Shown here one piece after another: positions 20,115 to 30,041 of a DNA stretch of 64,000 bases. Position 1 is the stretch's first letter. Each line of letters begins with the position of its first letter. The stretch is from an uncultured candidatus Brocadiaceae bacterium (lineage in GTDB: Bacteria; Planctomycetota; Brocadiia; SM23-32): NCBI GenBank assembly GCA_964434535.1, contig CAYSWA010000007.1, positions 8,321-72,320 on the forward strand. Reading direction: 5' to 3'. The notes beneath the pieces were generated by a model. The model searched no databases. It was not told the DNA's origin and saw nothing but the letters and a program-made list of their open reading frames with translations. Made by a program: the position numbers and the translations under genes.

Positions 20115-22430
20115 TCAGCCGCCGGCCGGCCGGGCGGGTGCCTGGTGCCGGGCGATCCGGGCGCTCGCGATCAGCTTGAGCGCGCGCTGGAGCGAGCGGG
20201 CCTGCTCGGGCGTCAGTTCGTAGCCGCCGAAGCGCACGCGGTAGTAGAGCTCGGTGACCAGCTCGACGGCCGCCTCCACCTGCCGCTCCTCGCCCCTCTC
20301 GACGCTGAGGCGGGCCAGGACCGAGCGAGCGAACTCCCTGGGCGTGGCGTGGTCGGGCCGGGGCAGCCCCTTGCGCCGCATCAAGGAGAGGAACTGGCGG
20401 TAGAAGGGCAGCGTTCTGTCAGCGCCGCGCCGGCTGAGGGCGGGTGCCAGCCGGGCCTGGAGCCACTGCGCGCCGAGGTAGACGCCCATGCTCAACGAGG
20501 TCAGCAGCACGATCAGCAGTCCCACCTGGAGCAGGCCGAAGGACGGCATGCCGGGCCAGAGCGCGCGGAAGATGGACGTCGCCTGCTCGGCCAGGTTGGC
20601 GGCGGCCCCGTGCAGCCCCTCGATCAGTTGCCGCTGCCTGCGCTTGGTGTAGCCGACGACGTTGGCGCCCCAGGCCGCCTCGGCCGAGAAATAGAGCCGG
20701 CGCAGTGCGTACTTGACGCCGTCCAGCAGGCTGTCCACGTCGCCGGCGATGCCTTCATCCTGGGCCCCGCCGACCTCGATGCCCGGTGTGGGGTCGAACT
20801 CCACCCAGCCCAGCTCATTGAAGTAGACCTCCACCCACGCGTGGGCGTTGCTGTCGCGGATGGTGAAGGTCTGGCTTACGGGGCTGTACTGGCCGCCCTT
20901 GTAGCCGATCGCCAGGCGTGTGGGGATGCCCCAGACGCGCAGGATCAGGGCCATCGCCGTCGAGAACTGCTCGCAACTGCCGCTGCGGGTCTCGGTCAGG
21001 AAGGCGCTGACTGGATCCATGTCGCCGAAGTCGGGGAGCTGGAAGGTGTACTCGAAACGCCCGCCCTCCAGCAGGTAGCTCTCGACGGCCTTGACGCGGT
21101 CGTAGTCGCTGCGGCGCGCGCGCTCGGGATAGAGCCGCTCGATCTCGGCGGCGCGCTCCTCCAGCACGTCGCGTATGCCGGGGGGGACGTCCCAGAAGAA
21201 GGGGGTCCACTGGCCGGCGCTCTCGGGCGTGCCGGCCTCGCGCAACTGCTGGTCAGTGAACAGCGGCACCAGCGAGACCACCTCGTAGGTCTCCCCCGGC
21301 CGGGCGGGATTGGGCGCGATGATGTGGTGGGACGGGAAGTCGACCATGGTCCTGTAGGCGGGGACCCCTTCGACCACGATCGGCCGGTAGAGCGCAAAGC
21401 GGGTGCGGACGGGCCGCGCCGTCACGGTGACCTGCTGGCGTATCCGGCGCCGCTCCACCAAGGCGTCTTCCAGCACGTAGACGCTGCGCGAGGTGAAGTC
21501 GGCCTGCTGCCCTTGCTGGCGCTCCACGCGCTGGCCGTCTCGCATGTGGCGGAAGGCGGCCTTGGTCTCGAACCATTGTCCCCGGCGATAGACGGGCAGC
21601 GAGAGGCCGCGCAGCAGCAGGCGCGGCGGCATGATGGGCGGGTCGCCCGGCTCTTCGTTGTCGAGGAACTTGACGCGCAGCACCACGTCCTCGCTGGTGC
21701 GCATCCGGCCGACTTCGCGCAACGAGACGTTCTCCGAGAATCCCGTTACCCGGATGGGCACGGCGTAGCGGGCCCTGCCCTCGTAGGTGCGGTGGCGCGG
21801 CAGCGCCACAAACGCCAGGGCCATCGCCACGAAGACCATCCCGGCCGGCGGCCAGAGGCTGGCCGCCAGGCCCCGCCAGAGCCCCGGCCCCGCCGGCGCC
21901 GGGGGCGCCTCGGGCCTGCCCTCCCCCTCGCAGGCGGCCAGGAGGGCCGAGTTGGCCATCAGCGCGAGCACCAGCACGATGAACAGGGGCAGGTAGACGA
22001 CGCTCATCGCCCAGATCCCGGCCACCATCGTTTGGAAGATGGCCGCCACCTGGATCAGGCGCTGGTCGCGCGCCCTATGGGGGCTGTATAGCTTGATGAA
22101 CTGGATGGCCAGCAGGAAGTGCGCCAGGGCGAAACTCAGATGCACGCTGGTGAACTGGGCCTGGAACAGGCCGAAGCCCAGCGCGGCCAGCGCCAGCGCC
22201 TTGCTCGCCGTGGCCGAGAGGGGCGGCCTGCCGCCGGGGCCGACGATCAGCGCGTGCCCCCCGCAGAGCAGCAGGGCCATCAGGGCATAGAGCATGGTCT
22301 GCTCCGAGACGGCCATCAGCATCACCGCGCTGATGATCATCACGTACGTGGTGACCAGCAGCGGCCAGCCGCCCTGCACAGCCTCGGGGCCGGGACCGAT
22401 CCGCTCGTCAATAGCTGAATATCTCATCGA
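20115..22430 (-). CDS. transglutaminase-like membrane protein (DUF3488 + TGase core)
   Basis: N-terminal polytopic membrane domain. C-terminal catalytic Cys motif GSCEQFSTAMALILRVWGIPTRLAIGY...HAWVEV. Confidence 0.75.
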   Translation of the reverse strand, partial: SMRYSAIDERIGPGPEAVQGGWPLLVTTYVMIISAVMLMAVSEQTMLYALMALLLCGGHALIVGPGGRPPLSATASKALALAALGFGLFQAQFTSVHLSFALAHFLLAIQFIKLYSPHRARDQRLIQVAAIFQTMVAGIWAMSVVYLPLFIVLVLALMANSALLAACEGEGRPEAPPAPAGPGLWRGLAASLWPPAGMVFVAMALAFVALPRHRTYEGRARYAVPIRVTGFSENVSLREVGRMRTSEDVVLRVKFLDNEEPGDPPIMPPRLLLRGLSLPVYRRGQWFETKAAFRHMRDGQRVERQQGQQADFTSRSVYVLEDALVERRRIRQQVTVTARPVRTRFALYRPIVVEGVPAYRTMVDFPSHHIIAPNPARPGETYEVVSLVPLFTDQQLREAGTPESAGQWTPFFWDVPPGIRDVLEERAAEIERLYPERARRSDYDRVKAVESYLLEGGRFEYTFQLPDFGDMDPVSAFLTETRSGSCEQFSTAMALILRVWGIPTRLAIGYKGGQYSPVSQTFTIRDSNAHAWVEVYFNELGWVEFDPTPGIEVGGAQDEGIAGDVDSLLDGVKYALRRLYFSAEAAWGANVVGYTKRRQRQLIEGLHGAAANLAEQATSIFRALWPGMPSFGLLQVGLLIVLLTSLSMGVYLGAQWLQARLAPALSRRGADRTLPFYRQFLSLMRRKGLPRPDHATPREFARSVLARLSVERGEERQVEAAVELVTELYYRVRFGGYELTPEQARSLQRALKLIASARIARHQAPARPAGG

Positions 22431-23757
22431 ACGTGGCGTCCGCGACGTCAACACAGGCGCAATTCTGGCCCAGCGGGCCGAGGGCGGCCGCGCGCTCGGC
22501 ACGCGGCAGCGGCCCGGCACTGATCAGGCAAGCTCCACCGGCCGTGACCTCCCGGAAGCTGAGCGCGTGCAGCAGGTCTGCGGGGCGGTGCTCCTCGGTG
22601 GGGCGAGCCAGCGCGAGCGCCTCCAGCACGGAGAACAGATGCCCCGGCCCCATGTCGTAGGGCAGGGAGACCTGCTCTGGGCAGAACGAGGCGAAGGCGT
22701 AGAAGACCTCCCGCCGCGTCAGCGTCTCGGCGAGGGTGGCCGCGAAGCTGACCGCCATCTCGAAGCGGGCGCGCCATGGCGCAGGGGCGGCGCGCTGGGC
22801 CGGCGCAATGTAGGCGTCCAGCAGCACCAGCACGCTCTGGATCTCCTGCTTCTCGAACTCCCGCACGAAGAGCTTCTTCATCCGGGCGCTGGTCGGCCAG
22901 TGGATGCGGCGCGGGTTGTCGCCGTGCTTGTACTCGCGCAGCGAGCGGAACTCCCCCTGCGGCGCGGGGCGGCGCAGCCGGCTCAGCCACCTGGCCTCGC
23001 CCCTCTGTCGGCGATGCAGGAGCTCGCCGTCGATACGCCCCAGACGCGGCAAGACCATCACCCGCTCGCCCTGATGCGTGAGCATGGTTGTGTCCACAAC
23101 GCCGAAGGGGAAGGACGTGCTGACGGCGACCGGGCGCAGCCTGCGCAGGCCGCGCTCGGGCATGTAGTGGGTCAGCGTCGCCGTCCGCTCCTCGCCGGGC
23201 GCGAGCTGCAGGATGTGCCGCCGCTCGCCCAGGCCGACCCCGTCCCCGCCGGCGGCGCTCACCGCCAGGCCGAAGGCGCTCAGCAGGCGGCGTTCGTTGC
23301 GCAGGACCACCTCCAGGGGGAACGTCTTGCCAGCGAAGACGTGCGCCGGCGCGTGGCAGCGCGCCTGCGTTCGGGCCAGGCTCAGCCTGGGGAAGAGGGC
23401 GGCGCAGAGCCCGCCCGCCAGCAGGAAGGCGGCCGTCAGGTAGATCAGGTTCACCCCCCAGTGCCAGGCGATGGTGACGAACGTGGCGGCGATGGCGCCG
23501 TAGACCACGCCCCAGCCGGTGAGCCGGTAGCGGAACGAGCGGCGGTGCCCGGCCCGGCGCAGCAGCGCCCACGAGGTGACGGCCGCCAGCCCCTGCCACA
23601 CGATCAGCAGCAGGATCAGCAGCAGGATCACGCCGTAGGCCTTCAGCACCGACGCCACCGGCAGCACCAGCCCCGCCGCAATCCATGAGACGAAGCCCAC
23701 GGACCGGGCGGCAGCGGCGACGCGGACGGCCGGGCTCTGTGGGTTCTGTTCGTTCAT
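22408..23757 (-). CDS. DUF58 (vWA-like) domain protein
   Basis: Two N-terminal TM helices, then the REYKHGDNPRRIHWPTSARMKKLFVREFE DUF58 signature. Flanked by MoxR upstream and the transglutaminase downstream. Confidence 0.8.
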   Translation of the reverse strand: MNEQNPQSPAVRVAAAARSVGFVSWIAAGLVLPVASVLKAYGVILLLILLLIVWQGLAAVTSWALLRRAGHRRSFRYRLTGWGVVYGAIAATFVTIAWHWGVNLIYLTAAFLLAGGLCAALFPRLSLARTQARCHAPAHVFAGKTFPLEVVLRNERRLLSAFGLAVSAAGGDGVGLGERRHILQLAPGEERTATLTHYMPERGLRRLRPVAVSTSFPFGVVDTTMLTHQGERVMVLPRLGRIDGELLHRRQRGEARWLSRLRRPAPQGEFRSLREYKHGDNPRRIHWPTSARMKKLFVREFEKQEIQSVLVLLDAYIAPAQRAAPAPWRARFEMAVSFAATLAETLTRREVFYAFASFCPEQVSLPYDMGPGHLFSVLEALALARPTEEHRPADLLHALSFREVTAGGACLISAGPLPRAERAAALGPLGQNCACVDVADATFDEIFSY

Positions 23758-23796
23758 CCGACCTTCTGCCCCCCGGGCCGGCGAAGCGCGCCCACC

Positions 23797-24768
23797 CTAC
23801 AGCGTAACCGGCACCTGCTGGAGGATCTCGCGGATCACGCGGGCCGCCTCCTCGAAGCTGCTCGTCTCCGTTCCCGACGTGCGGTAGAAGCGTATGCGGT
23901 GCGAGAGCACGGGCGCGGCGAGCTCCTTGACGTCGTCCGGCTCCACGTAGTCACGCCCGCCGAGCAGGGCCAGCGCCTGGGCCGCCCGGTAGAGGTGCAC
24001 GGCGCCGCGCGGGCTGACCCCGGTGGCGACCGCCTCGTGGCGGCGCGTGGCCTCGATCAGGCGCAGTATGTAGTCGAGCACCTGCTCGGAGACGTTGACC
24101 CGGCGCACCAGCGCCTGGAGCTCTACCACCTCGGGCGCCCGCAGCACCGGCTCGACGTCCTCCAGCGGGTGATAGAGCCGCTGGTCGCGCACGATGCGCT
24201 TGCCCTCTTCGGTGGTGGGATAGCCGAGGTTCATGCGCAGGAAGAACCGGTCAAGCTGCGACTCCGGCAGCGGGTAAGTGCCCTCGAACTCGAACGGGTT
24301 CTGAGTGGCCAGCACGCAGAAGGGGCGGGGCAGGGGGTGCACCACGCCGTCGACGGTGATCTGGTACTCGTCCATCGCCTCCAGCAGGCAGCTCTGCGTC
24401 TTGGGGGTGGTGCGGTTGATCTCGTCGGCCAGCACGATATTGGCGAAGAGGGGCCCGCGTTTGAAGACGAAGCGCGACTGGCTCTCGTCGTAGATGTTCA
24501 CGCCCAGCAGGTCGCCCGGCAGCAGGTCGGGGGTGAACTGGATGCGTCGGAACTCGCAGTCCAGCGCGCTGGCGATCGTGTTGGCCAGCACGGTCTTGCC
24601 CACGCCGGGCACGTCCTCGATGATCAGGTGCCCGCCGGCCAGCATGGCGACCAGGGCCAGCTCCACGCGGTCGCGCTTGCCCACGTACACCTTCTCGATC
24701 TCGGCGATCAACGCCTCGATCGAGCCGCTCGGTATGGTGAGCCTCTCCGTCCCCGTATCTGCCGTCAT
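23797..24768 (-). CDS. MoxR-family AAA+ ATPase
   Basis: Walker A EDVPGVGKT, Walker B LADEINR, sensor motifs. ATG 24768 preceded by AAGGAG. The 1084-aa track ORF is an artificial upstream extension. Confidence 0.9.
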   Translation of the reverse strand: MTADTGTERLTIPSGSIEALIAEIEKVYVGKRDRVELALVAMLAGGHLIIEDVPGVGKTVLANTIASALDCEFRRIQFTPDLLPGDLLGVNIYDESQSRFVFKRGPLFANIVLADEINRTTPKTQSCLLEAMDEYQITVDGVVHPLPRPFCVLATQNPFEFEGTYPLPESQLDRFFLRMNLGYPTTEEGKRIVRDQRLYHPLEDVEPVLRAPEVVELQALVRRVNVSEQVLDYILRLIEATRRHEAVATGVSPRGAVHLYRAAQALALLGGRDYVEPDDVKELAAPVLSHRIRFYRTSGTETSSFEEAARVIREILQQVPVTL

Positions 24769-24894
24769 GCGCGCTCCTTGCGCTCTGTGAGGGCTGATTT
24801 CGAGTATAGGGCAGCCGCCTCGGAAAAGCAAAGACACCGCCCGCCAGGAGGCCACGCCCCGCCCGCCGGGCGTGCCCGCGAGGCGCCCGGGATG

Positions 24895-24923
24895 CTTGCA
24901 TTGCCCGTCGCTTTGCCCAATAA
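24895..24923 (+). promoter_or_regulatory. putative promoter TTGCAT-N17-AATAAT for GH42 gene
   Basis: Hexamer match in the 230-nt divergent region between the MoxR gene and the beta-galactosidase gene. Confidence 0.3.
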
Positions 24924-24999
24924 TGCCCCGGAGCTTGCCCTGCCTCCAGCCGGCGCGTTCCGGCCAGGGGCATGGAGCGCACCCCACACGGAGATGCAG

Positions 25000-26976
25000 A
25001 TGAGGATCGGCGTCGCCTACTACCCCGAGCACTGGCCGCGCGAGCTCTGGCCCGAAGACGCGCGCCGCATGGCGCAGGCCGGCGTGGACGTGGTGCGCCT
25101 GGGCGAGGCGGCATGGAGCCGGCTGGAGCCCAAGCGCGGCCAGTTCGACATGGATTGGCTGGGGGAGGCGATCGAGGTGCTCGCCGCCGAGGGGTTGGAG
25201 CTGATCCTCTGCACGCCGACGGCGACCCCGCCGCCGTGGCTCTTCCACCGACATCCCAGCATGGTCCCCCAGGACGCCTGCGGGCGGCACTGGCACCCCG
25301 GAAGCCGCCGGCACGTCTGCCTCAACAGCCGCCCCTATCGCCGCTACGTCCTGCGCGTCGTGCGCGAGATGGCCCGCACGTTCGGCGAGAGGCCCGAGGT
25401 GATCGCCTGGCAGGTCGACAGCGAGCTGGCCAGCTACGGCAGCGCCGAGTGCTACTGCGACGACTGCGAACAGGCATTCCGCGAGTGGCTCAAGCGTCGC
25501 TACGGCATGATCGACCGCCTCAACAAGCTCTGGGGCAGCGTGTTCTGGAGCCAGCAGTTCACCGACTGGCACGAGGTGCGTGCCCCCCGGCGCACGCCCG
25601 GCGGCCCGCACCCCTCGCTTCTGCTCGACTACCGGCGCTTCACCTCCGCTACCGTGCGCGACTTCGTGGCCGAGCAGCGCGACCTGATCGCGCAGTACTC
25701 CGCCGGCCGGCCGAAGCCCGTCACCACCAACGTCGGCGACGGCGGCGCCGGGGTGGTCAACTGGTTCTCCCTGGCGGGCTCGCAGGACGTGGCCGGCATG
25801 AGCGGCTGCCCCGCCGAGGGCGGCGATCCGGACGCCACCGCCATGCGCCTGGACCTGGCCCGGAGCGCCGGCGGAGGCGCTTTCTGGCTCAGCGAGCAGC
25901 AGGCCGGCGCGGACGCCGCCGGCCTCCGTCCCCGACCCGGGCGGCTCCGCCTCTGGTCCTTCCAGGCCGCCGCGCGCGGCGCCAGCCTGGTGAGCTACCT
26001 GCGCTGGCGCACCGCCCCCTTCGGCCACCAGATGCGCCGCGAGGGCATGCTGGACGCCTGGGGCTCTGCCGGACGTCGCTTCGATGAGCTGACGCAGACC
26101 GTCGCCGAGCTGAAGGGCCACGCCGACCGCTGGCAGAGCAGGGCGCCTGCGGCCCGCGTCGCCCTCGTGCTGGACTACCAGGCGCACTGGGCCCTGGAGG
26201 CCGACGACCTGGGCACCGGCCTGGACTGTCTGGCCCACGTTCGGGTCCTCTACGGGCTGCTGCGCCGCCGGGGCATCGGCGTCCGCCTCATCGCGCCCGA
26301 GGCCGATCCGGCGGGCCATGACCTGCTGGTGCTGCCGATGCCCGTGATCGGGCGCGAGGCCGATGCCCGCCTGTACGGCGATTTCGCCGCCGCCGGCGGC
26401 AGCGTGCTGGTGACGGCGCCGGCGGGCATCCGCACCGAGACGAACACCTGGCCGGCCGTCGCGCCGCCGGGGCCGCTGACGGAACTGCTCGGCGCGCGGA
26501 TCGTCGAGCACGCCGCGCCGCGCCCTGAAGAGGGGGTCGAGGTCAGGTTCGGCGACGCGCGGTTCCCGGTCCGGGCATTCTGCTGCGAGCTTCAGTTGAG
26601 GGGAGCTGAGCCGCTCGGCGAGTACGGGGGGCCGTGGTACGCGGGCAGCCCGGCCGCCTGCGTGCACCCGGTGGGGGAGGGGAGCGTGCGCTTCCTCTCG
26701 GCGGCGGGCGGGCCGCAGCTCTACGAGCACATGCTCGACGCCTCCCTCTCGGGCGCCGGGATCGAGGCCCACCCCTGGAGCGCGGAGCGTGTCGAGGTCG
26801 TGCCGCTCAGCACCCCCGAGGGGGAGGCGCCGCTCACCTTCGTGCTGAACCACGGGGCCGAGGAGGCCCGCCTGCCCCTGCAGGAAGGGGCCGCCGTCAC
26901 CGACCTGCTGACCGGCGAGGAGCACGAGGACGAAGTGCGGCTCGAGGGCTGCGGCGTGGCGCTCATCCGGGGTTGA
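25000..26976 (+). CDS. beta-galactosidase, glycoside hydrolase family 42
   Basis: MRIGVAYYPEHWPRELWPEDARRMAQAGVDVVRLGEAAWSRLEP...FDMDWLGEAIEVL is the GH42 N-terminal TIM-barrel pattern. Length 658 aa. Confidence 0.8.
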   Translation: MRIGVAYYPEHWPRELWPEDARRMAQAGVDVVRLGEAAWSRLEPKRGQFDMDWLGEAIEVLAAEGLELILCTPTATPPPWLFHRHPSMVPQDACGRHWHPGSRRHVCLNSRPYRRYVLRVVREMARTFGERPEVIAWQVDSELASYGSAECYCDDCEQAFREWLKRRYGMIDRLNKLWGSVFWSQQFTDWHEVRAPRRTPGGPHPSLLLDYRRFTSATVRDFVAEQRDLIAQYSAGRPKPVTTNVGDGGAGVVNWFSLAGSQDVAGMSGCPAEGGDPDATAMRLDLARSAGGGAFWLSEQQAGADAAGLRPRPGRLRLWSFQAAARGASLVSYLRWRTAPFGHQMRREGMLDAWGSAGRRFDELTQTVAELKGHADRWQSRAPAARVALVLDYQAHWALEADDLGTGLDCLAHVRVLYGLLRRRGIGVRLIAPEADPAGHDLLVLPMPVIGREADARLYGDFAAAGGSVLVTAPAGIRTETNTWPAVAPPGPLTELLGARIVEHAAPRPEEGVEVRFGDARFPVRAFCCELQLRGAEPLGEYGGPWYAGSPAACVHPVGEGSVRFLSAAGGPQLYEHMLDASLSGAGIEAHPWSAERVEVVPLSTPEGEAPLTFVLNHGAEEARLPLQEGAAVTDLLTGEEHEDEVRLEGCGVALIRG

Positions 26977-27010
26977 CGTGTCCCCACTGCTCGAACCTTG
27001 CCGTGCAGCC

Positions 27011-27799
27011 ATGGACGCAGGAACCGAGTTTTCGCGCCTGCTCCAGATCATGCGCCGGCTGCGCCGCGAGTGCCCCTGGGACCGCAGCCAGGACCACGAC
27101 TCCCTGCGCCCGTACCTGCTGGAGGAGACCTACGAGGTGCTCCACCTGCTCGACGAGGCCGCCTACGACGAGCTGCGGGAGGAGCTCGGCGACCTGCTGC
27201 TCCAGATCGTCTTTCACGCCGAGATCGCCGAGGAAGCCGGCCGCTTCGACATGGCCGACGTCCTCCACGCCATCAACGAGAAGCTCGTGCGGCGCCACCC
27301 GCACGTCTTCGGCGACCGGGAGGCCCGCACCCCGTCCGACGTCAGCCGCCGTTGGGAGACGATCAAGGCGGAGCAGGAGCAGAAGGAGTCGGCGCTCGGC
27401 GGCGTGCCGCAGGCCCTGCCCGCCCTGGTGAAGGCCGCCCGGGTGCTGTCGAAGATGCGCCAGTGCGGCTGTGACCCTTTCCGCTGCGCCGACCCCGCCG
27501 GGGAGGCGCGCCGCGAGCTGGAGCGGCTCGAACGCGCCGCGGGCGAAGGGGAGGGCGAGGGCCGGGGGGCCGACGAGGCCCTCGCGATGCTGTTGCTCGG
27601 CGTGGCCGGCCTCAGCGACCGGCTCGGCACGGGCCCCGAGGAGGCGCTGCGCGGGGGCGTGCGCCGCCTCAGCGAGGCATTCCGCCGCGAGGAGTCGGCG
27701 CTGAAAGGCAGCGGACGCACCTTCGCCGAGCTGGCCCCCGCCGAGCTCGACGCGGCGGCCGAGCGGATCCTGAGCGCCGTCAGGGGGCCGAAGACGTGA
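27011..27799 (+). CDS. mazG: nucleoside triphosphate pyrophosphohydrolase MazG
   Basis: LRRECPWDRSQDHDSLRPYLLEETYEV...EELGDLLLQIVFHA...EKLVRRHPHVFGD are the MazG EExxE motifs. Confidence 0.8.
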   Translation: MDAGTEFSRLLQIMRRLRRECPWDRSQDHDSLRPYLLEETYEVLHLLDEAAYDELREELGDLLLQIVFHAEIAEEAGRFDMADVLHAINEKLVRRHPHVFGDREARTPSDVSRRWETIKAEQEQKESALGGVPQALPALVKAARVLSKMRQCGCDPFRCADPAGEARRELERLERAAGEGEGEGRGADEALAMLLLGVAGLSDRLGTGPEEALRGGVRRLSEAFRREESALKGSGRTFAELAPAELDAAAERILSAVRGPKT

Positions 27800-28554
27800 A
27801 CGCGATATTGCTGGCGGCCGGCTACGGGATGCGCCTCTACCCGCTGACCAGGGACCGGCCCAAGCCCCTCCTGCGCGTCGGCGGCCGCCCCATACTGGAC
27901 CACCTGCTGGACCGGCTGGAGGCCGCGCCCGAGGTCGAACGGCTCGTGCTGGTGAGCAACGACAGGTTCGCCGACGACTTCGCCCGCTGGGCCGAGCGGC
28001 GCCGGCCCGAGAAGCCGTTGACGCTCTTGAATGACGGATCGACCTGCAACGAGGACCGCCGCGGCGCCGTGGCCGACATCCGGTTCGCCGTCGAGGAGGC
28101 CGGGCTGCGCGGCGCGCCGGCCTACGTGCTGGCCACCGACAACCTGCCCCGCTTCGACCTGCGCGCGATCATCGGCCTCTGCCGCGAGAAGGGCGCCTCG
28201 GCCGTCTTCGCCTGCCGCGTGGCCGAGCGCCGTCGGCTGCGGCGCATGGGCGTGGCCCGGCTCGACGAGGAGGGCCGCATCGTCGCCTTCGAGGAGAAGC
28301 CGTCCGAGCCGCAGGGCAACCTGCGCGTGCCGCCTTTCTACCTCTACACCCCCGAGGCCGTCGACGCGGTCGGCGATTTCCTTCGCCAGGGCCGCGAAGC
28401 CGACGCGCCGGGCCACCTGCTGGCGTGGCTGGTCGGCCGCCTGCCCGTCTACGCCCTGCGCCGCGACGAAGGCACCCACGACATCGGCACGCTCGAGAGC
28501 TACCGCGCCGTCTGCGCGGAGTTCGACGCCGCTGCCCACGGACCGGCGAAGTAA
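27796..28554 (+). CDS. sugar-phosphate nucleotidyltransferase (NTP_transferase family)
   Basis: MNAILLAAGYGMRLYPLTRDRPKPLL is the G-x-G-x-R-L nucleotidyltransferase signature. Confidence 0.7.
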   Translation: MNAILLAAGYGMRLYPLTRDRPKPLLRVGGRPILDHLLDRLEAAPEVERLVLVSNDRFADDFARWAERRRPEKPLTLLNDGSTCNEDRRGAVADIRFAVEEAGLRGAPAYVLATDNLPRFDLRAIIGLCREKGASAVFACRVAERRRLRRMGVARLDEEGRIVAFEEKPSEPQGNLRVPPFYLYTPEAVDAVGDFLRQGREADAPGHLLAWLVGRLPVYALRRDEGTHDIGTLESYRAVCAEFDAAAHGPAK

Positions 28555-28576
28555 CCGCTAACCGGAGAGCGAACAG

Positions 28577-29386
28577 ATGATCGAACGCACGATCGGCTTC
28601 ATCGGCACCGGCACGATGGCCACGGCGCTCGCCGGGGGCATGCTCAATGCCGGCGTCGCCGCGCAGGAACGCATCCTCGGCGCCGACCCTGACCCCGTGC
28701 GCCGCGAGGGGTTCGCCGGCCTGGGGGCGACCGTCTTCGACGACAACCGGCTGCTGCTCCAGCGCTGCGAGGCCGTGGTGCTGAGCGTCAAGCCGAACGT
28801 CGTGCCCGCCGTTGCGCGGGAGATCGCGCCTTACGTCACGGAGCAGATGCTGGTCGTCTCGATCGCCGCCGGGGTCACGCTCGGCGCGCTGGAGAAGATG
28901 CTCGGCACCGAGCGGCTGGTGCGCGTCATGCCCAACACGCCGGCGCGGGTGGGGCAGGGCGCCTCGGCTTACTGCACCGGCGAGGGCGCGACGGACGAGG
29001 ACGCCGCGCTCGTGCAGCAGATGCTCGGCTCGGTCGGCCTCTGCGTCCGCGTGAAGGAGGAGCAGATGGACGCCGTCACGGGGCTGAGCGGCAGCGGGCC
29101 GGCCTACCTCTACCTGGTGATCGAGGCGCTGGCCGACGGCGGGGTCAAGCTCGGGATGCCGCGCGACATCGCCCTGCGGCTGGCGGCGCAGACGGCGAGG
29201 GGCGCGGCGCAGATGGTGCTGGAGACCGGCAGCCCGCCGGCGCAGCTGCGCGAGCAGGTCACCACCCCCGGCGGAACGACGCTCGAGGGACTCGGCGTGC
29301 TGGAGGAGGCGGGCATGCATCGGGCGTTCGTCGAGGCGGTGGAGGCGGCGGCGCGCAAGTCGGCGCGGCTCTCGAAGCAGGACTGA
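28577..29386 (+). CDS. proC: pyrroline-5-carboxylate reductase
   Basis: IGFIGTGTMATAL Rossmann motif...VMPNTPA...GSGPAY...TPGGTT, the canonical ProC motifs. Confidence 0.85.
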   Translation: MIERTIGFIGTGTMATALAGGMLNAGVAAQERILGADPDPVRREGFAGLGATVFDDNRLLLQRCEAVVLSVKPNVVPAVAREIAPYVTEQMLVVSIAAGVTLGALEKMLGTERLVRVMPNTPARVGQGASAYCTGEGATDEDAALVQQMLGSVGLCVRVKEEQMDAVTGLSGSGPAYLYLVIEALADGGVKLGMPRDIALRLAAQTARGAAQMVLETGSPPAQLREQVTTPGGTTLEGLGVLEEAGMHRAFVEAVEAAARKSARLSKQD

Positions 29387-29408
29387 TCCCCCGCTGTGGG
29401 GCGCTGCC

Positions 29409-29906
29409 TCAGGGCCGGAAGTCGCTCTGCTTGACCTCGTCCATCAGGACGACGGCGTGCACCTCGATCGCCTGGCCCTTGCCGACGGCGCCGAGTCCCT
29501 CGGCGGTGCGGGCCTTGACGCTGACGCTCTCCAGCGGCACGGACAGGATGGCGGCCAGTTGCGCGCACATGCCCTTCTTCATGCCGCTGAGGCGGGGTCG
29601 CTCGGCGATGACGTTCACGTCGACGTTGGCCACGGCGAGCCCGCGCTCGCGCGCCGCCAGCAGGGCGGCCTTCGAGAGGATGCGGGCGCTGTCGGCGTCC
29701 TTCCACTCGTCGGAATCGTCGGGGAAGTGCTCGCCGATGTCGCCCAGGCCAGCGGCGCCGAGGATGGCGTCGGCCACGGCGTGCAGGACGGGGTCGGCGT
29801 CGCTGTGGCCGGTCAGCGCCGGCAGGCCGGGGAACTTGACCCCCCCGAGCACCAGCTCGCCGGCCGTGCCGAACCTGTGCACGTCGTAGCCGATCCCGAC
29901 ACGCAT
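29409..29906 (-). CDS. ispF: 2-C-methyl-D-erythritol 2,4-cyclodiphosphate synthase
   Basis: MRVGIGYDVHRF...GHSDADPVLHA...DIG. ATG 29906 with GGGAGG upstream. Confidence 0.85.
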   Translation of the reverse strand: MRVGIGYDVHRFGTAGELVLGGVKFPGLPALTGHSDADPVLHAVADAILGAAGLGDIGEHFPDDSDEWKDADSARILSKAALLAARERGLAVANVDVNVIAERPRLSGMKKGMCAQLAAILSVPLESVSVKARTAEGLGAVGKGQAIEVHAVVLMDEVKQSDFRP

Positions 29907-30041
29907 TGAGCGGCCTCCCTGCTCGCCACGCCGCATTCTACCGAGCGGGCGAGGCCCAACACAAGGCGGCCCTCCCGCTCCGTGGCGCGACGGGCTCCGC
30001 AGGGCTTAGAATGGTCCGGATCGGCACTTCGAGGATCCCCC

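Noticed and set aside
23797-27051. 1084-aa minus ORF suggested by the track
   Set aside because: Only the C-terminal 323 codons (23797-24768) form the MoxR ATPase, with its own ATG and AAGGAG SD. The upstream 760 codons are antisense to the GH42 gene.
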